A stretch of 64,000 nt of DNA, from assembly GCA_964291295.2 (NCBI GenBank), contig OZ219754.1, forward strand, positions 1,600,001-1,664,000. The letters are read 5' to 3'. Origin of the DNA: an uncultured Candidatus Binatia bacterium (GTDB lineage: Bacteria > Desulfobacterota > Binatia > UBA9968 > JAJDTQ01). The notes below the pieces were generated by a model. That model worked only from the letters and a program-made list of their open reading frames with translations, was not told where the DNA came from and ran no database searches. Both the position numbers and the translations under genes were made by a program. Shown in pieces: positions 20,128 to 29,332 of this stretch (within the stretch, counting starts at the first letter, position 1; every line of letters starts with the position of its first letter).

Positions 20128-21165
20128 ATGACGGTACGAACCATCCAGTGGCGGAACGGCGACGTGATCTTCATCGATCAGCGGCGGCTCCCGCGCAAGG
20201 AGGTGTACCGGTCCTGCCGCAACTTCCGGCAGGTCGCCCAAGCCATCCGCAGCATGACCGTGCGCGGCGCCCCCGCCATCGGCGTCGCCGCGGCCATGGG
20301 CGTCGCGCTGGGCGCGCGCCACATCCGGCATCCCGGGCGGGTCGCTACGGTGATGGAACGGGTCTTCCGCACGTTGGCCGACACCCGTCCCACCGCGATC
20401 AATCTGCATTGGGCGCTGGCGCGCATGCGGCGGATCTACGACGCCAACCGGGACGACGATCTGGAATCGCTGAAGCGGCGGCTCGAGGAAGCCGCTCTCG
20501 AGATATACGAGGAAGACATCGCCGCCAACCGCCGCCTCGGCGGCCTGGGCGCCGGATTGCTGAAGGACTGCCGGCGTATCCTGACACACTGCAACGCCGG
20601 TGCCTTGGCCACCGCGGGTTACGGGACCGCCTTGGGGGTGCTGCGGGCCATGAAGGAATCGGGCGCGGTCATCGAGGAGGTGTTCGTGGACGAGACCCGC
20701 CCGTTTCTTCAGGGCGCCCGGCTGACCGCATGGGAACTGTGCAAGGAAGAGATTCCCGTAACCCTCATCACCGACAACATGATGGGTTACGTCATGCAGA
20801 GCCGGCAAGTGGACGCGGTGGTGGTGGGGGCCGATCGCGTGGCGGCCAACGGTGACGTGGCCAACAAGATCGGCACTTATCCGTTGGCGGTGCTGGCGCA
20901 AAGGCATCGCGTCCCCTTCTACGTGGCCTGCCCCACCTCGACGGTGGACCTCGACTGTCCGTCGGGAGCCGCCATTCCCATCGAGCAGCGCGGCCAGGAT
21001 GAGGTCACCCATGTCGCTGGAAGCCGAATCGCGCCCGCCGGCGTGAACATCCTGAATCCGGCCTTCGACGTGACCGATCATACCCTGGTCTCGGCCATCA
21101 TCACGGAAAGGGCAGTGGTCAGGCCGCCCTACCGGAAGAACCTGCGCGCCGCCTGTCGCGGGTAG
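20128..21165 (+). CDS. mtnA: S-methyl-5-thioribose-1-phosphate isomerase
   Basis: VRGAPAIG, TRPTAINL, THCNAGALAT, ETRPFLQGARLTAWE, NKIGTY, NPAFDVT. Confidence 0.96.
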   Translation: MTVRTIQWRNGDVIFIDQRRLPRKEVYRSCRNFRQVAQAIRSMTVRGAPAIGVAAAMGVALGARHIRHPGRVATVMERVFRTLADTRPTAINLHWALARMRRIYDANRDDDLESLKRRLEEAALEIYEEDIAANRRLGGLGAGLLKDCRRILTHCNAGALATAGYGTALGVLRAMKESGAVIEEVFVDETRPFLQGARLTAWELCKEEIPVTLITDNMMGYVMQSRQVDAVVVGADRVAANGDVANKIGTYPLAVLAQRHRVPFYVACPTSTVDLDCPSGAAIPIEQRGQDEVTHVAGSRIAPAGVNILNPAFDVTDHTLVSAIITERAVVRPPYRKNLRAACRG

Positions 21166-21202
21166 ACCGGCCGCGGGCGTTTTTCGGCGAAAGTGTGGTG
21201 CC

Positions 21203-22546
21203 ATGGCCGTGATCGAAAGACGGGACGAGCTGGAAGCCTTCTTTCACGACGCCGGCAAGCCGCGTGCGCAGTGGCGCGTGGGCACGGAGTACGAGAAGGT
21301 GGGCATCGAGCGCGATACCGCCAGGGCGCTTTCCTATTCCGGCCCTCGGGGCGTGCGGGTCATCCTCGAAGGCCTGGTCAGCGACTACGGCTGGGCGCCG
21401 CAGGAGGAAGGCGGCTTCGTCATCGGCCTGAAGCGCGGCGACCATGCCATCACCCTGGAGCCGGGCGGTCAGATCGAGTTGAGCGGCGAGCCCTGCGACG
21501 ACATCCACTGCAGCAACGCCGAGTTCTCCCAGCATATCCGCGAGCTGATCGACGTGGCCGGGCGGTTCGACGTGGTGTTTCTTGGCCTGGGGATGCAGCC
21601 CTTCAGCCGCGTCGACGAGATCGAGTGGCTGCCCAAGCGGCGCTACCGCATCATGGGGCCGTACATGGCCCGGGTGGGAACGCTGGGCCGGCGGATGATG
21701 AAGCAGACCGCCACGGTGCAGGCCAACATCGACTACGGCGACGAGACCGACGCCATGGCCAAGCTGCGGGCGGCCATGGGCTTGGCGCCCGTCATCGGCG
21801 CGGCGTTCGCCAACTCGCCCGTGTCCGACGGCGAACCCAACGGCTTCAAGAGCTATCGCGGCCACATCTGGACCCGGACCGACCCGGACCGCTGCGGGCT
21901 GCTGGAGTTCTGTTTCGCTCCCGACGCCGCCTTCCACCACTACGTTGAGTACGCCCTCGACGTGCCGATGTACCTCATCGCCCGGGACGGCAACTACCTG
22001 GACATGACCGGGATCCCGTTCCGTCACTTCCTGGAGCACGGCCATCAGGGCCACCACGCCACCATGGCGGACTGGCAGCTTCACCTGACCACGCTGTTCC
22101 CCGAGGTGCGGCTCAAGCACTATATGGAGTTCCGCTCCGCCGACAGCCAGGCGCCGGAGTTGATGCCGGCCCTGCCCGCGCTCATCAAGGGCATCTTCTA
22201 CGACGCCGACTGCCTGCAGGCCGGATGGGATCTGGTCAAGGGGTGGACTTTCGACGAGCGCATGACCGCCTATCACGACTCGCACCGGTACGGCCTGGCG
22301 GCGCGCTTCCGGCGCTACACCCTTGGCGACCTGGCGAGGGAGATGGTGGACATTGCCTGGGAAGGGCTGGCGCGCCAACGGGGACTGAACCGGCGTGGCG
22401 AGGATGAGACCATTCATCTGGCGCCGCTGCGGGAACTGGTCGCGCAAGGGCAGTGTCCCGCGGACGTGATCCTCTCCAAGTGGCGGGGCGAGTTTCGCCA
22501 GGATCTCCGAAGGCTCATCGAGGACACTTCCTACAAGCTGCCGTGA
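21203..22546 (+). CDS. gshA: Glutamate--cysteine ligase (plant/alphaproteobacterial type)
   Basis: GTEYEK, TLEPGGQIELSG, PKRRYRIM, FANSP, TTLFPEVRLK, EFRSAD. Confidence 0.9.
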   Translation: MAVIERRDELEAFFHDAGKPRAQWRVGTEYEKVGIERDTARALSYSGPRGVRVILEGLVSDYGWAPQEEGGFVIGLKRGDHAITLEPGGQIELSGEPCDDIHCSNAEFSQHIRELIDVAGRFDVVFLGLGMQPFSRVDEIEWLPKRRYRIMGPYMARVGTLGRRMMKQTATVQANIDYGDETDAMAKLRAAMGLAPVIGAAFANSPVSDGEPNGFKSYRGHIWTRTDPDRCGLLEFCFAPDAAFHHYVEYALDVPMYLIARDGNYLDMTGIPFRHFLEHGHQGHHATMADWQLHLTTLFPEVRLKHYMEFRSADSQAPELMPALPALIKGIFYDADCLQAGWDLVKGWTFDERMTAYHDSHRYGLAARFRRYTLGDLAREMVDIAWEGLARQRGLNRRGEDETIHLAPLRELVAQGQCPADVILSKWRGEFRQDLRRLIEDTSYKLP

Positions 22547-22582
22547 ACGCCGCGCCCGTTGGCGGAAGCGCGGAAACCGCAC

Positions 22583-22611
22583 TGGACTTTCCACGCGCCT
22601 CGCGCTAGTAT
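22583..22611 (+). promoter_or_regulatory. Probable sigma70 promoter of panBC
   Basis: TGGACT, 17 nt, TAGTAT. Confidence 0.55.
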
Positions 22612-22619
22612 CGCCTCAT

Positions 22620-22796
22620 CTTTCCGGAATGTTCCGGAGCGGCCAGGTTGAGCCGGCCGACTCCACGCCAGGAGCACCGGGAGGACGGGAACCGCCGCTT
22701 GGATCCGGGAGAGCCGGACCGGGACGGACATTCCGGCATCTATCGTCGGCAACGGTAGCGGGATGGCCTTCCGGATCGGTCCGGAAGGCTTTTTTT
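22620..22796 (+). ncRNA. Structured cis-regulatory leader of panB (pan RNA motif-like attenuator)
   Basis: About 200-nt leader with repeated GAGCCGG...GGACGG elements and a long-range CCGGAATGT/ACATTCCGG pairing, ending in an intrinsic terminator 30 nt before panB. Confidence 0.55.
22766..22796 (+). terminator. Intrinsic terminator in the panB leader
   Basis: GCCTTCCGGA-tcgg-TCCGGAAGGC followed by T7. Confidence 0.85.
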
Positions 22797-22825
22797 GTGG
22801 ACGTTCAGTCGAGGAGGTTCACGGA

Positions 22826-23626
22826 ATGGGACGCATGACGGTGCCGAGAATCCGGAGCATGAAGGAACGGGGCGAGAAGATCGTCTGCCTCACGGCCTAT
22901 GACTACTGCTTTGCCCGCATCCTGGATGAATCCGGCATGGATCTCCTTCTGGTCGGCGACTCGCTGGGCTCCGTGGTCCAGGGGCACGACACCACGCTGC
23001 CGGTGACGGTGGACGACATCATCTATCACACGCGGGCGGTGATTCGCGGGCGCAAACGCGCGCTGGTGGTGTCGGACATGCCCTTCATGACGTTTCAGTT
23101 GGGCGTGGACGAGGCCAGGCGCAGTGCCGGCAGACTCATCCAGGAGGGAGGCGCCGAGTCGGTCAAGCTGGAAGGGGGCGTCACCCAGGCCGCCACCATC
23201 GAGGCGCTGGTGAAGATGGGCGTGCCGGTCATGGGCCACGTGGGTCTCACGCCCCAGTCGGTGCATCAGTTTGGCGGCTACCGGATCCAGGGCCGCGGCG
23301 AGGCCGACGCCCGGGCCATTCTCGACGATGCCCTGGCGGTGGAGCAGGGGGGCGCCTTCGCGGTGGTGCTGGAGGGCATTCCGGTGCCCCTCGCCCGGGA
23401 GATCACCCGGCGGGTGTCCATCCCCACCATCGGCATCGGTGCCGGCATGCACTGCGACGGGCAGATCCTGGTGGTCCACGACATGCTGGGCCTGTTCGAC
23501 GACTTCACGCCCCGTTTCGTCAAGCGCTACGCCGAACTCAAGGAGACCATCGGCGGGGCGGTCCGGAGCTACATGGAAGAGGTGCGGGCGGAGGCCTTTC
23601 CCGCCGAAGAGCACACCTTCCAGTGA
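22826..23626 (+). CDS. panB: 3-methyl-2-oxobutanoate hydroxymethyltransferase
   Basis: [40 protein letters not shown]. Confidence 0.97.
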   Translation: MGRMTVPRIRSMKERGEKIVCLTAYDYCFARILDESGMDLLLVGDSLGSVVQGHDTTLPVTVDDIIYHTRAVIRGRKRALVVSDMPFMTFQLGVDEARRSAGRLIQEGGAESVKLEGGVTQAATIEALVKMGVPVMGHVGLTPQSVHQFGGYRIQGRGEADARAILDDALAVEQGGAFAVVLEGIPVPLAREITRRVSIPTIGIGAGMHCDGQILVVHDMLGLFDDFTPRFVKRYAELKETIGGAVRSYMEEVRAEAFPAEEHTFQ

Positions 23627-24504
23627 TGAACGGGCTGGAACCTCGCGCCATGCAAGTGCTGCCCGACATTCCGGAGATGCAGTCCTGGAGCGACCGCGCC
23701 TGGCGGCAGGGAAAGCGCATCGCCCTGGTGCCAACCATGGGTTTCCTGCACGAAGGCCATCTGAGTCTCGTGCGCCAGGGCCGGCATCGGGGCGATCTCC
23801 TGGTGGTGTCCATCTTCACCAATCCGACCCAGTTCGCTCCCTCCGAGGATTTTGACAGCTATCCGCGGAATCTGGAGCGCGACGTCCGGTTGTTGGCGGA
23901 GGAGGGCGTGGATTTCGTCTTCAACCCCACGCCGGAAGACATGTACCCCCGCGGGTATCAGACCTTCGTGGATGTGGAGCGGGTCAGCCGACCTCTGTGC
24001 GGCGCCCGCCGGCCGGGGCATTTCCGCGGCGTGGCCACGGTGGTGCTGAAGCTCTTCAATATCGTGCGCCCGCATGTGGCCCTGTTCGGCCTGAAGGACT
24101 ACCAGCAGATCCAGGTTGTCCGGCGCATGCTCGAGGATCTGAACCTGGCCGTGGAGATCGTCGCATGTCCCACCGTGCGGGATCCCGACGGCTTGGCCAT
24201 GAGTTCACGCAACCGGTACCTGGGGCCGGCCGAGCGGGAGGCCGCGGGGTGTCTTCCGAGGGCGCTGGCAAGGGCGGAAGCGCTGGTCCGGGGCGGCGAG
24301 ACCGCCGCCGGGAGGATCCGCGAGGCGGTGGTGGCGGAGGTCGCCCGTCAACCCGCCGCGCAGTTGGAATACGCCGAACTGTGCCACCCCGGCGAGTTGC
24401 ACCCGGTGGCGGAGGTTCGGGGGCCGACGCTGTTGGCCCTGTCCGCCCGGGTTGGCAAGGCTCGCCTGATCGACAACCGCATCCTCGGAGGGTACGAATC
24501 GTAG
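23626..24504 (+). CDS. panC: Pantoate--beta-alanine ligase
   Basis: VPTMGFLHEGH, NPTQF, RPGHFRGV, GLAMSSRN, RLIDN. TGATG coupling to panB; alternative ATG at 23650. Confidence 0.96.
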   Translation: MNGLEPRAMQVLPDIPEMQSWSDRAWRQGKRIALVPTMGFLHEGHLSLVRQGRHRGDLLVVSIFTNPTQFAPSEDFDSYPRNLERDVRLLAEEGVDFVFNPTPEDMYPRGYQTFVDVERVSRPLCGARRPGHFRGVATVVLKLFNIVRPHVALFGLKDYQQIQVVRRMLEDLNLAVEIVACPTVRDPDGLAMSSRNRYLGPAEREAAGCLPRALARAEALVRGGETAAGRIREAVVAEVARQPAAQLEYAELCHPGELHPVAEVRGPTLLALSARVGKARLIDNRILGGYES

Positions 24505-24562
24505 AGGGGTCGTGCGCTGGTGCGGGATTCATTCGTCGGCGAATCGGGAGACTGGACAAGCC

Positions 24563-25036
24563 ATGGCCACCGCCAGGGAAACCACGGAGAAGACCGTCAC
24601 CGTCAACCGGAGGGCGCGCCGCGAGTACTTCATCGACGAGTCCTTCGAGGCCGGGATGGTGCTGCTGGGCAGCGAGGTCAAGTCGTTGCGCGACGGCCGC
24701 GCCAATCTGGCCGACAGCTACGCCCGGGTCGACAAGGGCCAAGTGTACCTCGTGAATTCCCACATCAGTCCCTTTCCGGCCGCCAACAGGTTCAATCACG
24801 AGCCCACCCGGCCGCGGAAGCTGTTGTTGCACAGGCGCGAGATTGCACGGCTGACGGGAAAGGTGAAGGAGCGCGGCTTGACTCTGATCCCGCTGAAGCT
24901 ATACTTCAAGGATGGGCGCGCCAAGGTGGAGTTGGGTCTCGCCCGAGGCAAGAAGCTCTACGACAAGCGCCACAGCGTCAAGGAAAAGATGGTCCGGCGG
25001 GAGATGGAGCGCTCGATGAAGCTCCAGAGAAGTTGA
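24563..25036 (+). CDS. smpB: SsrA-binding protein
   Basis: NRRARREY, GSEVKSLR, RKLLLHRREI, GKKLYDKR; immediately upstream of ssrA. Confidence 0.97.
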   Translation: MATARETTEKTVTVNRRARREYFIDESFEAGMVLLGSEVKSLRDGRANLADSYARVDKGQVYLVNSHISPFPAANRFNHEPTRPRKLLLHRREIARLTGKVKERGLTLIPLKLYFKDGRAKVELGLARGKKLYDKRHSVKEKMVRREMERSMKLQRS

Positions 25037-25099
25037 CCGCCCGGGTCGGGTACCTTCCGTAACGGAGAACGTCGCGCAGGTCGTGACAAGGACGTCATT

Positions 25100-25449
25100 G
25101 GGGGCGATATGGGTTCGACGGGGGTGGGAAGTCAAAGTGGCATGCCGGGGTCCTGCGGCCTCGTCAAAAACGCAGGACTGCAAGTAACTGCAGACGAACC
25201 ACAGTACGCTCTGGCTGCCTAGACAGCCAGCGTCTTGCCGGCTTTCTCCCGCGGGGTCGGACAAGGCGTCATTCAGCGGGATGGACCGATTCTCCTGCCG
25301 GAGGAGATGAGGTCGAGATCCAAACCGGCTGGCCGCGCAAGATCCTGTCGCCGGGATCTCGCGCGGCAAGACTCGAACGGCGACTAAGCATGTAGTCACT
25401 TTTGGCGGAAAGCCTTCGGACGGGGGTTCGATTCCCCCCGCCTCCACCA
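25100..25449 (+). ncRNA. ssrA: tmRNA, tag peptide (A)ADEPQYALAA*
   Basis: 5' GGGGGCG..GGTTCGAC; 3' GGGTTCGATTCCCCCCGCCTCCACCA; tag frame 25190-25222. Confidence 0.96.
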
Positions 25450-25501
25450 ATCCTTCCGTGCCCTGCTTCCGTGCTCCTCCTCCGCGCCCTTCCTCCGGCC
25501 G

Positions 25502-26443
25502 CTATCCCGGGGCGTGGGAGGCTTCCCCCTCCCGGGGTTTTCGGAACCCCATCCAGCTCCACTGGTCCGGATGGCGTCGCACCATCTTCTCGATTTCCCG
25601 GACGAACAGGCCGGCATTGGTGCGGAGGTCTTCCTCGTGATCACCGGTCTGGACGAACCGCACCTCGGGTTCGACGTGCAGTGTCAACCGGTCCCGCGAA
25701 TCCCGCACCATGAAGATCGGGAGCACGGAGGCGCCGGTACGCCGGGCGATGGTGACCGGCCCCTTGGGCGCGGGCACCCGTTGTCCGAGGAAGTTCACCT
25801 CGACCCCGGTGGTCTTGAATTCGTCCGGGATCATCAGGACGATTTCGTTGCGGCGCAGGGCCTTGATGATCTGCACGACGGACTGGCGTCTGGGACGGGC
25901 CGGGATGAGCCGGATGCCCGCCCGGTCGCAGTATTTCTTTTGCAGCGAGGCGAAACGCCTCTCCTGCGGCAGCTTGATCACCACGCTGAAGTCATAACCC
26001 TGTGCCACCAGGCGGGGGCCGATCATGGTGAAGTTGCCGAAGTGGGCGCTGATGGCGAGGACGCCCTTGTCCCGGGCCAGAGCCTCGCGCAGCCGCTCCC
26101 CGCCCTTGATCTCGATGCGCGCGCACAGCTCTTCTTTCGTCATGAACAGGGTGGCGGCCGTCTCGACGAACGCCTGGGTGAAATTTCGCCACGCGGCCCG
26201 CACCACCGCACGGCGCTCGTCATGGGTGGGCAACTCCTGGCCCATGGTGCGCTGGAGCGCGTCGTGCATGCGCTCCCGAAACGGCCGCAGCAGCAGGTAG
26301 CTCACGCGGTCGGTGAACCAGGCAATACCGGGTTGCGCGCACGCCGGCAGCCAACCGACGTTCGCGACCAGCGCTCGCATCAGATATTCGCCGGCCCGGT
26401 AGCGAAGGCGGTAGAGGAGCCGACTGCGTCTGTCGGATCTCAT
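25502..26443 (-). CDS. Lipid A late acyltransferase-family (LpxL/HtrB-like) lysophospholipid acyltransferase
   Basis: GVLAISAHFGNF, FLG.., HPDQWSW motifs. Confidence 0.8.
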   Translation of the reverse strand: MRSDRRSRLLYRLRYRAGEYLMRALVANVGWLPACAQPGIAWFTDRVSYLLLRPFRERMHDALQRTMGQELPTHDERRAVVRAAWRNFTQAFVETAATLFMTKEELCARIEIKGGERLREALARDKGVLAISAHFGNFTMIGPRLVAQGYDFSVVIKLPQERRFASLQKKYCDRAGIRLIPARPRRQSVVQIIKALRRNEIVLMIPDEFKTTGVEVNFLGQRVPAPKGPVTIARRTGASVLPIFMVRDSRDRLTLHVEPEVRFVQTGDHEEDLRTNAGLFVREIEKMVRRHPDQWSWMGFRKPREGEASHAPG

Positions 26444-26444
26444 G

Positions 26445-27641
26445 TCACGTGGCCTGCCCCGGCCGACCTTCCCTTGTCCCCGCCCGGCCCAGGGCGGAAA
26501 GCCCCCGGAGGCGCCGGATGATGCCGGGGATCTTCTCCGCCGCGAAATCGACTTCCGCGCCGGTATTGTAGCGGCCGAGACTGAAACGGACCGCACCCTG
26601 CAGCCATCGGGACGGCACTTTCATGGCCCGCAACACGTGGGACGGTTCCACCGAGCCCGAGGTGCAGGCCGAACCGGTTGAGGCGCAGATGCCGAACTCG
26701 TCCAGCAGCACCAGGATCGATTCGCCCTCCAGATATTCAAAGGAGGCGTTGAGGGTGTTCGGCAACCGGTCCGATCCGCCGCCGTTGACCCGCAGGCCCG
26801 GGCAGGTGGATACGAGCGCGCTTTCCAGTCGGTCGCGCATGCCGGTCAACCGCGCGCATTCGGCGGCGATGTCCTGGCCGGTGAGCGCGGCGGCTTCGCC
26901 CATGCCGACGATGCCGGCGACGTTCTCGGTGCCGCCGCGGCGGTTGCGCTCCTGGTGGCCGCCGACGATGAAGGGGCGGAGGGTGATCCCGCGCCGGACA
27001 TACAGCGCCCCCACGCCCTTGGGGCCGTGAAACTTGTGGGCCGAGATGGTCAGCAGGTCGATGGGGCTGTTCTTCACGTCGAGTTCGATCTTGCCCGGCA
27101 CCTGCACCGCGTCCACGTGCAGGGGAATGCCTCTGGCCTTGACGATTTCGCCGGCTTCGCGCACCGGGAAGATGACGCCGGTCTCGTTGTTGGCGTACAT
27201 GATCGAGACCAGGGCGGTGTCGTCCGACAGGGAATCCCGGAGTTCGTCCAGGTCCAGCATGCCGTTCTCGTCCACTCCCAGCCAGGTGACCCGGTAGCCC
27301 TTCCTCTCCAGGTGTTGCGCCAGGCCCAGCACCGCGGGATGCTCCACCGCCGTGGTGATGAAGTGGCGCTTGTTCGGGGCGCCTTCGAGGATTCCGCGAA
27401 TGGCGGTGTTGTCACCCTCGGAGCCGCAACTGGTGAACAGCACCTCCACCTCGTCTCCCGCTCCCAGAAGCTCCGCGACCTGGCGGCGCGCGCGGTCAAG
27501 GGCGCGTCCGGCGCCGCTTCCGAATCGGTGAATGCTCGAGGGGTTCCCGTAGAGTTCGGTGAGATAGGGCGCCATGGCCTCGAAGACCTGCGGCGCGACG
27601 CGCGTGGTTGCGTTGTTGTCGAAATAGACGACGTCGGACAT
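26445..27641 (-). CDS. nifS: Cysteine desulfurase NifS-type
   Basis: YFDNNATT, MYANNETG, SAHKFHGPKG, STGSACTSGSVEPSHVL. Confidence 0.9.
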   Translation of the reverse strand: MSDVVYFDNNATTRVAPQVFEAMAPYLTELYGNPSSIHRFGSGAGRALDRARRQVAELLGAGDEVEVLFTSCGSEGDNTAIRGILEGAPNKRHFITTAVEHPAVLGLAQHLERKGYRVTWLGVDENGMLDLDELRDSLSDDTALVSIMYANNETGVIFPVREAGEIVKARGIPLHVDAVQVPGKIELDVKNSPIDLLTISAHKFHGPKGVGALYVRRGITLRPFIVGGHQERNRRGGTENVAGIVGMGEAAALTGQDIAAECARLTGMRDRLESALVSTCPGLRVNGGGSDRLPNTLNASFEYLEGESILVLLDEFGICASTGSACTSGSVEPSHVLRAMKVPSRWLQGAVRFSLGRYNTGAEVDFAAEKIPGIIRRLRGLSALGRAGTREGRPGQAT

Positions 27642-27708
27642 GGCGTGTCCCGCGAGCGAACGCTGCGACGGGCGGAATCGGCCCCGGCCGCCGTTCCGGG
27701 CGGCGCCC

Positions 27709-28038
27709 TCAGGCCACGAACGAGGCGCCGCAGCCGCAACTGCGTTTCACATTGGGATTCTGGAACACGAAGGCCGCCTCCATGAGGGTTTCCCTGTAGT
27801 CGAGTTCGGTGCCGCCCAGGTACAGCAGGCTCTTCAGGTCCACGATGACCTTGGCCCCGGCCTCCTCGAATACGCGGTCGGCGGGCCGCGGGTCGTCGAG
27901 TTCCATCTTGTACTGCAACCCGGAGCAGCCGCCGCCCACGACCTTGAGGCGCAGACCGGTCAGATCGCGTTGGTCCTGGCCGAGCAGTTCCTTGATCCTG
28001 TCGGCCGCCGATTCCGTTATCCGGACCCCAGTCGCCAT
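27709..28038 (-). CDS. iscA: A-type Fe-S carrier (IscA/HesB family)
   Basis: GGGCSGLQY, NPNVKRSCGCGASF. Confidence 0.9.
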   Translation of the reverse strand: MATGVRITESAADRIKELLGQDQRDLTGLRLKVVGGGCSGLQYKMELDDPRPADRVFEEAGAKVIVDLKSLLYLGGTELDYRETLMEAAFVFQNPNVKRSCGCGASFVA

Positions 28039-28090
28039 TGTCCTTTCCCGCGTGCCGCCGGCGAGTCCGCCCCTCGCCTGACGCGGCAGG

Positions 28091-29284
28091 TCATTTGCCA
28101 GCGGCCGCCGCTGCCGACCGCCTGCCATAGTGCGGCGACAGTGCGCGCAACCTCAGGACTTCCTCCTCGACCCGATCCAGGACGTAGTCCACCTCTTCCT
28201 CGGTGTTGAAGCGCCCCAGGCCAAAGCGGATGGAGCCGTGGGCCAGGTCTTCCCGCAGGCCCATGGCCTTGAGCACATGGGACGGCTCCAGCGCCGCGGA
28301 CGTGCAGGTGGAGCCGGAGGAGACGGCGACATCGTTGAGGCCCATGATCAGCGATTCGCCTTCCACGTAGCCGAAGGAGACGTTGAGGTTGCCGCACAGA
28401 CGCTCCGTGGGATGTCCATTCAGGTGGAGTTCATCAAGGCGCGAGAAGAGTCCGGTTTCGAGCCGGTCCCGCAATCCGGCAATGAACGGCAATTCGCTGG
28501 ACATGGCATCCCGCGCGAGTTCGCAGGCCTTGCCGAATCCGACGATGCCGGGAACGTTCAGGGTGCCCGACCGCAGGCCGCCCTCGTGGCCGCCGCCGTG
28601 AATGGTCGGGTTCAGTCGCGCCGCGGGTTTCCGGGTGCTGACGTACAGCGCCCCGACTCCCTTGGGGCCATGCAGCTTGTGGGCGGTCATGGACAGCAGG
28701 TGAACGCCGCATGCGCCCACGTCGATGGGCATCTTGCCCACCGCCTGGGTGGCGTCGGTATGGAAAAGGATTCCGCGTTCCTCGGCGATGCGGCCGATCT
28801 CCGCCAGCGGCTGGATGGTGCCCACTTCGTTGTTGGCCAGCATGATGGAGATGAGCAGCGTCTTGTCGTCGACGGCGGCGCGCAGCCTGTCCATGTCCAC
28901 CGTACCGCGGGCGTCCACGGGCAGGTAGGTGACGCGGTAGCCTTGCCGTTCCAGGAACCTGCAGCAGTCCAGAACCGCCTTGTGCTCGGCCGCGCAGGTG
29001 ATGATGTGGTCTCCCCGGTCGCGGTGGAGCTCGGCGACGCCCTTGATGGCGAGGTTGTCCGACTCCGTCGCACCGCTGGTGAAGACGATCTCCCGGGGCG
29101 CCGCGCCGATCAGGCGGCCGACGTTCTTGCGCGCCTGATGCACTGCCGCCTCCGCTTCCCATCCGAAGGCGTGCTTGCTGGCGGAGTTGCCGAACTGCTC
29201 GGTAAAGAAAGGCAGCATGGCATCCACCACCCGGGGATCCACGGGTGTGGTGGCATGATTGTCGAAATAGATGGGCAGCTTCAC
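28091..29284 (-). CDS. iscS: Cysteine desulfurase IscS
   Basis: [54 protein letters not shown]. Confidence 0.93.
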   Translation of the reverse strand: MKLPIYFDNHATTPVDPRVVDAMLPFFTEQFGNSASKHAFGWEAEAAVHQARKNVGRLIGAAPREIVFTSGATESDNLAIKGVAELHRDRGDHIITCAAEHKAVLDCCRFLERQGYRVTYLPVDARGTVDMDRLRAAVDDKTLLISIMLANNEVGTIQPLAEIGRIAEERGILFHTDATQAVGKMPIDVGACGVHLLSMTAHKLHGPKGVGALYVSTRKPAARLNPTIHGGGHEGGLRSGTLNVPGIVGFGKACELARDAMSSELPFIAGLRDRLETGLFSRLDELHLNGHPTERLCGNLNVSFGYVEGESLIMGLNDVAVSSGSTCTSAALEPSHVLKAMGLREDLAHGSIRFGLGRFNTEEEVDYVLDRVEEEVLRLRALSPHYGRRSAAAAAGK

Positions 29285-29332
29285 GATAACAGTCCTGATC
29301 CTTCTGAAGGTTTCATCTTCAAAACTTCACCT

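Noticed and set aside
25449-25510. Possible island integrated at the tmRNA 3' end
   Set aside because: No integrase follows and I saw no duplicated ssrA 3' end elsewhere; a housekeeping gene converges immediately.
26445-29284. IscS/NifS as DndA substitutes, implying a phosphorothioate system linked to the DndFGH-like genes
   Set aside because: They are 25 kb away in a core-GC housekeeping run, and no dndBCDE genes are in the window, so there is no direct support.
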